From the NCBI GenBank assembly GCA_030704615.1, contig CM060731.1, forward strand, positions 61,752,001 through 61,816,000: 64,000 nt of DNA. The letters are read 5' to 3'. Position numbers and translations under genes: made by a program. The stretch comes from Takakia lepidozioides. Taxonomy: Eukaryota > Plantae > Bryophyta. Below, in pieces: positions 23,791 to 35,096 of the stretch. The notes below the pieces were generated by a model. That model worked only from the letters and a program-made list of their open reading frames with translations, searched no databases and was not told the DNA's origin. Within the stretch, counting starts at the first letter, position 1. Every line of letters begins with the position of its first letter.

Positions 23791-25995
23791 CTGTAGTGTG
23801 AAAAGAAGGGGCATGAATCCCCTTCTGTGTGATTCTAATTGTACTCCTCTCTTGTTGAAGCGAAACAAAAGGAAGGAATGTTCCAGTGATTCAACCATCG
23901 TCACACGGCTGTGGGTTTCCCTCAGGTCGTTCGTGATCAGAGTTCATGCAATCCTCATCCACGCCGTAGCGGAAGAGAAGACATGGATGGGGAGTGTGGA
24001 TTGTTCTTGCTCTTGGTTCTACTTTTATACAACAGCCTTGCCCTACATGTACAGCACCATCAGTGCTGCCATGATGTCTTCAGTGATGCAACCAGCCCTA
24101 TGTCAGTGCTAAACACGACCCTTGTGGGCAGCTCCCTTGAGCAGCAACACGTCGGAAGCCCCTTTTTGTAATGAGATCACGGATTAGAGGGAGGCAGTTC
24201 AGATCTGCCATGAACTGCAGGCCTACTGGTTTTCTTCAGGGTTCATGTTTTCTTCATCTTATCTCCCCAATTGGCCATCCCTCATCAACCCCTTTTACTG
24301 GGCAGCTCTCTCCCTTCCCAAACCTTTTTTTTTCTCTCTCTCTCTCTCTCTCTTTCTTGGTGGTACAGATTCCTCACTTTTTCAACAGCAGCATATCTAC
24401 AATGCAATGCAATGCACATTCAGCCAGGTATCCAGTGCACCCAGCCTTGGAATCAACCTTGGTCACACAAGACATGATCAGCCCCTTCATCAGTCTCTCT
24501 CATGCCAATGACTGACCCTTCACACTACCTTTTCCCAAAGGGGACCCATTTGCCCAAACAGTTCACACCCTTCTACAGGTCTCAAACTAAACACCCTAAC
24601 AGCTCTCTTTTTCCCATCAACTGTGAACCTCAGTTGTTCATATGCTGAGACCACTCTGAAAATCAGTTCCAAACCCCAAATCAGTGTTGGTTTTGCTTCC
24701 CCATCCACATCATCCCTTCTCTATTTCCAAACAGTTCTAGCTAACCCTCACTGGTGCCCTCAATCAGCTAAGCTAGGTCTACATTGGCTCCAATGTATCA
24801 ACACCCAGGGCTGCATTGTGTGCAGGCTCATGATACTGAAACAAAGAACAAAAACAAGACGAACAGCAACCATTCTGACTCTGTGATGCTATCTCTGTCC
24901 CCACTCATTTCTCCTACTGACAATGTAACATCAGGTGCATCCATCTCCACCCTATCCTGGTTTGAAGTCCAGTGTCTCCATTCCATTTCTCAAAGCTTTT
25001 TCCCTTCTCACATATCTCTCTCTCTTTCTCTATACAAAGAGTCAGTCCAAAAATTTCACCAAAACGATTTCTAAGTGCCAAAAAAAGGAAGCCAGCAATC
25101 TACGAACTTATCTGTCTTATACTCCAGTGAAGCGGTGGGTCTGCCTGCCAAGATGGCACCTCACTATCTCCGTCAGCAGCCACATTAACGCCTCTTCTCG
25201 TCTTGATTCCAGTATTCATCATGCCATGACGGCTCTGCTTCATCCTATGGCAACATCCCTGTGGCTTGCCAACTAAATACCCTATCCTTCTATATGTGCA
25301 ATTCTTCCCTAAGAATTGATATGGTCCTATAGCAAGAAGACAGAAAGCAGCTCTAAGTTTTAATTACAGATAACCTGAGTTGCCATCTACACAAACCAGC
25401 ACTTCACATGCCTTGGCAGCTGTTGAGCCGCTCCATCCCCTCCATTGATTGTGCCCACAACTCCACTTCCCTGTTCTCTGGCAGCTGGCCGTTTTCCTTG
25501 CATGCTCATCCTCTCATAACTGTGTTCTTCAAGGCAATGGCGGCAGCGGTGGTGCACCGCTCTCCTTACATGCTCATCCTTCAGAAATTGATCACTACCA
25601 TGAAGAAAGCGGCACCGCTTCCCTTTGCACAGAATACCAAGCAGAAGCCCTTAACGCCGCTTTTAAATCACAGAGTCCCCTAGCGTAGGTGCAACCTCCT
25701 AAGACAGACTGCCCTGCCAACACCACTGCTTGCAGCAGCTGCTAAGAGTTGCCCGTCATTTTCCTCCTCGTCTTCCTCAACCCGCGTTTCTAGGTTAAAC
25801 ATCTGCGATGAAAACATTCATCCTAAGGATGAAAATACGCATGGTCATGACTTAGCCACTTTTTATCCTGGCAGAGCATTAGCATAGTGTGCCCATGATA
25901 TTACCTGTATGCAGGGATAAATCCCTCCCGTAATTGGTACCCGGGCACTCCCTTTGTAGCAATGCAGAATCTTAACGGTAAAACAAAAATTAATG

Positions 25996-27005
25996 TTACT
26001 CCCCTGCATTCACACTACAATCCTTCATTATCCTGCATTTGGCATACATGTCAAGGAGGGTTGTCTCCAAAATGATATCTCGTGCAATTCCAGCTTTGAT
26101 AATGTCAGCATGAACCTCTTTGCCTTTTTCCAGGGCCGCCAAGTTGGCACATGCGGTGAGAAGGCAAACAAATGTGACCTTGTTGGGTGTCACACCTTTT
26201 TGAATCATTTGCTCATATATCTCAAACACCTCCCTGCTACTCCCATGTTGTGCATATCCCGCAATTATTGTGCTCCGTGAGACCACATTTCGTTCAGCCA
26301 TCTTGTCAAACATTTGATGTGCTGTTCAGTCCGTCGCTCCACAGAAACAGCCTGTGCTACACGTGATGATGTGTCCACTCCAACCCATGCCACATCTTGT
26401 TCAGCCATAGTGTTGAACACTCCCTCCACATCCTCAATGCTCCCACATTTGGCATACATGTCCACGAGGGTATTGTTCATAATCACATCTGGTACAATTC
26501 CAGCTTTGGTGATGTCACCATGGACCTCTCTCCACTTTTCCAGAGCTCCCAGGCTTGCACACGCATTGCAAACACAAACAAATGTGACATGGTTGGGCTT
26601 CACCCCTTCGCGCAGCATTTGCTCATAGGTCTCCAAAGCATTCCTACCACACCCATGCTTGGTAAATCCTTGAAACTCCATTTGCATCCTTAATGCACCC
26701 ACATTTGGCATACATGTCCACCAGGGTAGTGTTCAGAATGACAACTGGTACAATTCCAGCTTGGACGATGTCACCATGGACCTCTTTCCCCTTTTCCAGA
26801 GCTCCCAGGCTTGCACACGCATTGCAAACACAAACAAATGTGATGTGGCTGGGCTTCACCCCTTCACCCCCTTCACGCAGCATTTGCTCATAGGTCTCCA
26901 AAGCATTCCTACCACACCCATGCTTGGTAAATCCTGCCAACATTATATTCCACGTGATCAAAGATGTTGAGGCATTCTGTTGAACACTTGGTGAGCATCC
27001 ATGAT
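25996..27005 (-). pseudogene. PLS-PPR fragments
   Basis: ORFs 25996-26313, 26265-26711 and 26644-26961 with P/L/S motifs and frameshifts. Confidence 0.9.
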
Positions 27006-27154
27006 GTTGAATCTGTCAAACCCTCATCTGATCCTCCAGCCCTCTCTGGCAGTACATGATGGTCAAGACTCTCAGGAAATGGTGGATGGTCTGAGTAGCT
27101 ACATAGATCAATGAATGAAGCAAGACACTTGCATCTTGCCAAGAAAACATCCTT

Positions 27155-27970
27155 TCACCAATAATCACCACAAGAACAAATCCCATCTTCAAAGTGGTGA
27201 AAGCGGTTAGCGTAGCATACAACAATTGCTCGGCCAACAATCTTTGAGATGAATTTGGTGGAGGTGTGGCAGTCACCACACACTCAAAGATTCTTGATGA
27301 GACGGAGAGGTGTCCTAGGGGTTGTGCTGATCAGCCCAAAACCAATGGCCAGCTTCTCACTGTGGTGGCAAACACAAAATTCATTTTCCTCCTCCCCCAC
27401 ATCATGCAATACAAAACACGTGTCAGGCACATACCCCGCCTCCTTTCATCTGCCCAGACAATCTTCTCACTGCTCAGCTCAGCATGGATTTCCTTAATTC
27501 TAGGATGCAACTTGTCATCTACAGCGAAGGCGTGCACCCTGTTGCCAACCTCAATGCAGCAGCGACTTGGCTCCTTTCTAACCCCTCTGACCTTCAGCAT
27601 TCTTCTCTCCTTTGCAGTATCATCCCACCTGCCAGCATAGCAACACATAAGTTGCGGTATCCTGTTCATCCCATTTGATTGGCATCTTATTAATCAGATC
27701 CACTGCCTCATCCAGTTGTCCAAGAAGGTCCACCATACAGCCAAAGATCTTTACTATTGGAGTGACACCATGATCTTGATTTCCTCATTCAGTAGGCCAG
27801 TGTGGCTGCATGCAGAGACAACACATATCAAGGTGAGACTGTCTGGCTTCAAGCCATTCTTTTGTATTCCTTCAAATAGTTGCAGGACCTCCCTATGACA
27901 ACCATGCTGGGCGTATCCTGCGATCATCGCGTTCCACGACACCACATTTCGTTCAGCCATATTGTCAAAT
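27155..27970 (-). pseudogene. PPR-E-DYW C-terminal pseudogene (cytidine deaminase domain)
   Basis: [92 protein letters not shown]. Premature TGA at 27284-27286; deletions in the E region. Confidence 0.93.
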
Positions 27971-28077
27971 GGCTCCGCAGGTTGCGGTCAGAGAGCTATG
28001 GGGACTTAGTTTTTTTGTCTCCAATTTGAACACGAAATTCCATGAACGTACGGTCTCAACATGTCAACGCACGTAGT

Positions 28078-29670
28078 TTACGTGTGCGCCCTGATCGATG
28101 TTTGGAAAGGGCTCTTCATCCCCACCAGAAAATCAAAGTCCTCCGTGAAGTCAACCACTGCCCCTGGATGCGCAGGGTTCCATTCAAATGCGTACAGGAG
28201 GTTGGCCAACGTAAGATAATAATTTTCTTTTCCCATGTTTATTCCAGGGCAACTCCGTCTACCAGCACCAAAGGGCAAGTATTTCGTCTTCAAAGCTGAA
28301 ACTTCGTCTGAGCTCAACTCCAAAAACCTGTCTGGACGAAACTCCAGCGGATAAACCCACAAATTCGGGTCTTTAGCGATGGCTCCAAAATGGAAGATTA
28401 CGTGCGTGTTTACTGGAATATCATATCCCTGCAGCTTGCAATTTTTGTTTGTCGCATGTGGAAGTCCAAGAGCCGCTGTCATATGAAGTCTCAAATTCTC
28501 CTTTGTCAGCGCTGTGAAATAAGGCATTTTCTCCAAGTCTTCCTGACGCACAAGTCTCCCCTCTGAATTTTCTCCCATCACTTTCTGTATTTCTTCAAAA
28601 GCTTTGGTCTGCACCTCCGGGGATGCTACCATTTGTGCCAGTGCCCACTCGATCGTTGTTGACGTCGTATCAACCCCCGCAATCAACATCTCAAGAAGGT
28701 TCCACATTATCTCTATATCACTTAGTCTGTCTTCTTCTTGAAGAGCGAGAAGGTTGTCGATGAAGTAGTTTTCAATGGAAATTTCTCCAGATTCATGCAG
28801 TCTCCTGCGGTTTGCGATGGCTGGCAGCAGAAGGGCTTTTGTACGGGCTCTAACATCGGCGTAGTGGCGGTTAAGTGCTTTCGCAAAAGGTAAGTGTCGG
28901 ATGATGGGTATGTAGTCAGTCATTTGGGAGGTAAGTGTCATTTTGAATATTTCCTCCAAAAGTGCGTCAAGCTTGGTAAATTTGTCATCCTTCTTCCCTG
29001 TGAATTCAAATTCTGTGCCGAAACATACGCGCACAAGCATGGCGAGCATGGCGAAGCGCAAAGAGACATGGGGCTTGATTGCAAGCCCGCCATTTCCCTC
29101 CACTCTTAAGTTTTGAAGAAGCCTCTTCATCTCTTTTTCTCTAATTGGCCTATAGGTTAACAAATTTGCTTTAGTGAGAATGTGGTTGGTCAAGATTTTT
29201 CTCAGTTTCAGCCATTGAGCCCCATACTCTAAACCTGCTGATGTCCGATACTCTTTGAACCATTCCCAAGATGGAGGCTGTGGACGGGAGGCAAAAGTAG
29301 ACCCGCTTCTCACCAGAGCTTCATGAGTGGCTGCTTCCCCAGTCACAACGACTATCGGCACCGGTCCCGTCCATAGTGTATAGACCTGGCCGTACTTCTT
29401 CGCTAAGTCCTCTAGAATGATGTGTGTGGGTCCCTTCGTGAACAAATTCATGGTTCCAAATATCGGCCAGGGGCGCGGGCCTGGAGGAAGCTTCTTCACC
29501 TTGTTGGAATATTCAAAAAACCATAAGCACAAGAGGGACGAGAGGATGAAGGTGCACAGTGCCAGCACCACCATGTAGTTGCTCACAATCTCTTGCCCAA
29601 CGCCCTCCGATGCCTTTAAAGAAAATGCTTGTTGAGCTATGCTCTGCTTGCCCATCGCTCCACTCTCCAT
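28078..29670 (-). CDS. Cytochrome P450, CYP71 clan, CYP77/CYP89-like, intronless
   Basis: 530-aa ORF: TM anchor, LPPGPRPWP hinge, HEALV.SGSTFASRP, AGVDTTS I-helix, ENLR (ExxR), FRPDRF, PFGAGRRSCPG heme motif. Confidence 0.93.
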   Translation of the reverse strand: MESGAMGKQSIAQQAFSLKASEGVGQEIVSNYMVVLALCTFILSSLLCLWFFEYSNKVKKLPPGPRPWPIFGTMNLFTKGPTHIILEDLAKKYGQVYTLWTGPVPIVVVTGEAATHEALVRSGSTFASRPQPPSWEWFKEYRTSAGLEYGAQWLKLRKILTNHILTKANLLTYRPIREKEMKRLLQNLRVEGNGGLAIKPHVSLRFAMLAMLVRVCFGTEFEFTGKKDDKFTKLDALLEEIFKMTLTSQMTDYIPIIRHLPFAKALNRHYADVRARTKALLLPAIANRRRLHESGEISIENYFIDNLLALQEEDRLSDIEIMWNLLEMLIAGVDTTSTTIEWALAQMVASPEVQTKAFEEIQKVMGENSEGRLVRQEDLEKMPYFTALTKENLRLHMTAALGLPHATNKNCKLQGYDIPVNTHVIFHFGAIAKDPNLWVYPLEFRPDRFLELSSDEVSALKTKYLPFGAGRRSCPGINMGKENYYLTLANLLYAFEWNPAHPGAVVDFTEDFDFLVGMKSPFQTSIRAHT

Positions 29671-30090
29671 CTTCCCCGCTACAATCTCACAATGCAGAGA
29701 TCAGCAGCTGCTGACTGCCTCAGGGCCTTCCCCATATATATATGGCGCCAGCCGAAGCTAAATAAGAGCCTCTTCCCCCAACCCTCCCACAAGTAGAACG
29801 CACACCAGGGTGCGGGCAAGGCTGACCATGGCCAGTCAGCGGATCCGCCCTGGTGGATGTCATCGACGGACAATGTTTTTTCTTCACTTTCCCAAAATCG
29901 TTGGCGGGGCCACATGTGAATTCTGTCCAGTGCCCATGTGGCGAGAATAATGCGGTGGCAGGGCTAGAAAAGTGGCTATATTCTAGGTGGCACATTTTAA
30001 CTGGTCCACGTCTGCAAAATAAGGCTCCTAATTTTCAAGTACACTGCTTTTTGGTGAAATCATTGGATTTACCACTGTTGGATTGGTATA

Positions 30091-32917
30091 TACTACGGTA
30101 GCATGTGTCGTTGGCCCAACTGTCCAGTGGCATCTAAGCCCAAGTTCCTATGTATCACAGTGCGTCTCCTATGTCGAGGCCCAAGTGTGACATCTAAGGT
30201 GGCACGTGCCGTTGGCCCAAGAGTCCAATGTATTTTTCGTGGATTTCCAGCGACCAAAAGTACTTGAAATTCCGCATCTCCCACACCGCAGGTCCAAAAA
30301 TCATGAGACCAAGCCCATGCACCCCTCCTCGTCGAGGGCTTTCCAGCACCCAAAGTACTTGAAATTTGACCAAAAAAACCAAACAACCTCGCTTCATAGA
30401 TGGATATTCTACCTTGTTTCATATATTGATGGGTTTCGGTCTTTGCTATTTTTCACGAATTTCCAGCAACCAAAAGTACTTGAAATTCCATATCTCCTCA
30501 GAGGGTAGCTTCAATTTATTGTTTTCCATGAGTTTATTGAGTAATTTAGTAGTAATATATCAAATCATTAATGATGTATCTCCCGTCGAGGCTCCAACCT
30601 TTGTCCTAGGAGAGCCCACTTTGCTATTTTCCCCGAATTTCCAGCGACCCAAAGTACTTGAAATTCCACATCCCCCCACACCGCATGTCCAAAAATCATG
30701 AGACCAAACCCGTGCAACCTCTTCGTCGAGGGCCTTCCAACGGTACCAAGCACCAAGGTTGGGGCCCCGCGGTTTGGCACATCTCAACGTGACAAGACAA
30801 AACAGAACAAAACAAAACGTGACAAAACGTGACAAAACAAAACAAAACAAAACAAACGTCTCGCTTCATATATTGAATAGGGTAGCCTGTGCCATTGGCC
30901 CAAGTGTCCAGTGTCTAAGTCCCAAGTGCAATCCCCTATGTATTAGAGACCCTCATGTTTGATCTAGGCCTAGGGTAGCCTGTGCCGTTGGCCCAAGTAT
31001 CCAGTGTCATCTAAGCCCATGTGCAATCTCCCATGTATCCAAGTGCGTCTCCTATGTCGAGGCCCAAATGCGACTTCTAGGGTAGTTTGTGCCGTTGGCC
31101 CATGTGTGAATAGTTGAAATCTAAGACCAAGTGCAATTTCCTATGTCCCTAGTGCGTCTCCTATGTCCAAGCCCATCTAAACCCAAGTGTAATCTTTTAT
31201 GTATCCAAGTGCATCTCCCGCGTAGAGGCCCAAGTGTCCACTGTCATTTAAGACCAAGTGCAATTTCTTATGTATCCCAGTGCGTCTCCTATGTCGAGGC
31301 CCAAGTGCGACCTCTAGTGTAGCCTATGCCGTTGGCCCATGTGTGAAAAATTGAAATCTAAACCCAAGTGCAATCTTCTATTCATGTATCCAAGTGCATC
31401 TCCCATGTAGAGGCCCAAGTGCGACCTCCGGTGTCTAATGTCATCTAAGTCCAAGTGCAATCCCAAAGCCCACTTTGCTATTTTTGCAATCTCCCTTGTC
31501 AAGGCTTCATATATATATATACTTTGCTATTTTTCATGAATTTCCAACGACCACAAACACTTGAAATTCCAAATCTGCCACATGATGGGCCGATCATAGC
31601 TCCAAGAAAGCCCATTTTGCTAGTTTTTTTCGAATTTCTGAATCTCCTATGTCGAGGCCCAAATGCAACCTCTAGGGTAGCCTTTGCCGGTGGCCCAAGT
31701 GTCCAATGTCATCTAAGTAAGTTTTTTTTCCACAGAGCCTATGACCAGACTTGAACCGGAGACTTTTCCCTTGATATCTCTCCCGTCGAGGCTCCAACCA
31801 TTGTCCCGGAATGCCCACTTTGCCATTTTTGCTATTTTTTGTGAATTTCCAGCGCCCAAAAGCACTTGGAATTCCACATCTCCCTCACCGCTTGTCCAAA
31901 AATCATGAGACCAAGCCGGTGCACCCCTCCTGATCGAGGGCTTTCCAACCACACCAAGCACCAGGGTTGGGGCCCGCGGTTTGGGAGATCTCAACGACGC
32001 TACAAAACAAAACAAACAAAACAAGCGGCTCTGCCACAAGAGGCTCTGTCCTTTGGTGATTTTGTGGTTGTTGTTTTATACTTTTTCTAGGGCTTCATGA
32101 ATCATTCCCATCAACCCTCCATAGACTAGGCTTAATGGATAAGCCTAGTTCTCTCCCTAAAGATGTATCCACTATGCCTCTATCCCTTGCGGGTCCCATC
32201 AACCCTCTAAAGACTATGCTCTCTCTCTCTATGCTTAATGGATAAGCCCGGTTCTCCATTCTCTGCCTAGGCAAGAAGTCTCCACAATGCCTCTATCCCT
32301 TGCGGGTCCCATCAACCCTCTAAAGACTAGGGGCTCTCTCTCTCTAGGCTTAATGGATAAGCCTAGTTCTCCGTTCTCCGCCTAGGCAAGAAGTCTCTAC
32401 AATGCCTCTATCCCTTGCGGGACATAGCCAACAAAACAAAACAAAGGTCTCGTTTCATGTATTGATATATATATCAATATGTTTGTTTTGTTTGTTTGTT
32501 TGTTTGTTTTGTAGATTTGAGATGTCCCAAACTGCGGGCCCACCTAGTGCTTGGTAAAGTTGGAAAGCCCTCGATGAGGAGGGGTGCACCGACTTGGTCT
32601 CATGATATTTCAAGTAATTTTGGTTTTTGGAAATTCACAAAAAATAGCAAAATGGGCTTTGCTGGGACAATGATTGGAGCCTTGACATGAGAATTATCAA
32701 GGAAAAGGTCTCCGGTTCAAATCAGGTCGTAGATTTTGTTAAAAATGATTAGACTTAGATGACTTAGACGACATTGGACACTTGGGCCAAGGGCACAGGC
32801 TACCCTAGAGGTCGCACTTGGGCCTCGACATAGGAGACGCACTTGCATACATAGGAGATTGCACTTGGGCTTAGATGACACTTGACACTTGGGCCAATGG
32901 CATAGGCTACCCTAGTG
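30091..32917. mobile_element. Non-autonomous DNA transposon with CACTA-like termini and many subterminal GGCCCAAGTG repeats
   Basis: Left end TACTACGGTAGCATGTGTCGTTGGCCCAA; right end reverse-complements to CACTAGGGTAGCCTATGCCATTGGCCCAAG; both flanks are TATA; no ORF. Confidence 0.75.
32105..32420. repeat. Three ~90-115-bp tandem units, each with an (A)GGCTTA-ATGGA-TAAGCC hairpin
   Basis: Perfect stem ACTAGGCTTA/TAAGCCTAGT at 32125-32149, repeated with variation at ~32233 and ~32345. Confidence 0.8.
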
Positions 32918-32998
32918 TATACTATTGTTTTGAGCCCTCTTCCGGTCCCGGTTATAGCCTACTCTTTGGAAAAAATGGATGGCTGGGGCAGCGTATAC

Positions 32999-33699
32999 CA
33001 GTAGGTTTAAAAAACATCTTGGTTACATGTTCTCATTGAACACATGAATTTTTTTTGTGTCCAGTTCTCAATCTACCGGTTATGTCATCTTAAAAAATGC
33101 CGGTTCCATGGTACGGGTTATGGGATTCATCCACTAATATTCTTTTACTTTTTCTAGACTTTTTGTGTATGTGTGTAAAACTACACAAGAGGGCTGTGGC
33201 CTGGTGGTAAGCCACTTGTGTGTTGGCATGTGGATCTGATTTTCAAATGTTCAACTCCTGTCATCTATCTCTTGGGGGCTATGCCCTTGTAATACCCTAA
33301 GCTTATAGCTTACAACTATTATTTTAGCCAAATGCCCAACTAAATAATTTCCTATCTACTTGGATATTCTCCCTAACCATTGTAAATGAATTGTAACTAA
33401 TAAGACATAACATTCCCCTCAGGATATGTCCATATGTAATGTTCTTAACTACCATCACCAGCCCTACATGACTTGTATTATCTAGAACCGCCTCTACGAC
33501 ATCCACATTTGCTTCGGATCTTGCTCCGGGTATAACATCCTTACAATCACGATGCCGGTTCTCTAGCCGGTTAGGAAGCTCGATGGCTTTTGTTGGTTCC
33601 CTTCCATAGCCGGTTCTTGCTGGGGCTACACTTTCCGGTTGTGCATATGTGCATAACCGGCAAATATGCATGTCCAGATGCCATACCCGGCCAACACTG
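32999..33699. mobile_element. hAT-like non-autonomous element
   Basis: CAGT...CACTG ends with 8-bp TSD GCGTATAC (32991-32998) / GTGTATAC (33700-33707); many subterminal CCGGTT motifs. Confidence 0.6.
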
Positions 33700-35056
33700 G
33701 TGTATACCCAGCCCCGGTGCTTGGTGCCGTTGGAAAGCCCTCCAGTGAGGAGGGTTGCACCGGCTTGGTCTCATGATTTTTGGACCCGCGGTGTGGGAGA
33801 TGGAATTTCAAGTACTTTTGGTCGCTGGAAATTTGCGAAAAATAGCATAGTGGGCTTTCAATACAAAGTACGATTTTATAAATCATGGATTTTTTGTAGC
33901 TTTTTCGAAAACACAGTGACAGCTGGACGGAAGTGGCTTACGCCGCAACGGAACTGTGATCACAAACGATCGCTCCAGGGACGGACGAACTCTGGACGGA
34001 AACTTGGAACGACGCGGCTCTCCATTGAGGGTTTTAATTCTGCAACAAAAATGTCGGGTATCTTTTTTTTCTCCGTAGAAAGATGGGATTGAGCATCCCA
34101 CACAAAATTCGAGCGAAGCTGTAGCGCATCTACCTAATGTAGGAATATGGTCATGGACTCGGCTTGATCAACTGAGAACATGGAAATCGAGCAGTAGATG
34201 GCGATGTAGATTCCTGCATTTCCAAGTTAGGGAGGGTAAAGAATTTGAAGAAGGAGGGAGGGGCAAGAAGCTGATAGAAATGGGTCGTATAGAAGGATGT
34301 CAGAGGACAGGAAGCGAGTGGATGGTAGAAGGAGACAGGCAAATTGATAGGTTATAACGATTCTCATCTAGGTTGAAGAAAAGGTCAGCGAGGACGAGGA
34401 AGTTACAAGTAGGGGGAAAGAGCATTTAGGCAGTGTCATCTTACAGGCAGAGGGAAAAGACTGTCAATGAGAAGATTGTGCAGTTGGATTGTGAGAAGTG
34501 GGACCGTGTAGTTAAGCGAAAATAGAGTTCATAGTGGAATTAGGCTTAGGGGTGTTAGTGCAAGCTTTGAGCATCTGCGTCTATACTGCGACCACCCTCA
34601 GTGTTCTGAAGCGTGCTGGCTGTATCACGTATGTATCTCTCCCTCACACAAACGCACCCACTCATGTAATAAAGAGAGAGGGCCACAGTCCCATTGATGA
34701 TATAGAAGATGCTGTTTTGTAGGTTTCTGGTATGTTTCAAGCGGTGGCACTTTACCCAGCATCGATCAACGGGCACCCCTCTCTCCTGTTATGGGCCCCC
34801 GTTTGAATAACAGGGGATAGTTCTACATTCTAATTGTCGTCTCTGGCAGTGCCAGTCTATGGCAAGTACGACCATCTCTTTCCTTTCGCATGTGCTGAGA
34901 CGAATTGAGTAATCTTGCAACGCAAGGTGAAATATCTCTGGGCAGAGATAGACTTTGAGACCTTGTGGTTTTCAAATTCCCCTGCTGAACATCTACAACT
35001 GGAAAAACCATCGTGACTAGAAGCAATAGACGACCACTGCTGCGACACTGCTACTC

Positions 35057-35096
<40 letters not shown>

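Noticed and set aside
25590-25670. CCCH zinc-finger-like string (CAKG.RCRFLHG) on the minus strand
   Set aside because: Needs several frameshifts; too short to support.
27284-27286. Stop codon in DYW repaired by U-to-C editing
   Set aside because: Such editing is organellar. CpG deamination explains it, and the upstream E region has deletions and frameshifts anyway.
786-27898. Many antisense or alternate-frame ORFs (e.g. MDLFALFQGCQAC.., [11 protein letters not shown]..)
   Set aside because: Shadows of the repeated PPR sequence.
750-27960. One giant spliced PPR gene whose frameshifts are removed as introns
   Set aside because: Breaks are small indels and module jumps without GT-AG signals, and the arrays lie on both strands.
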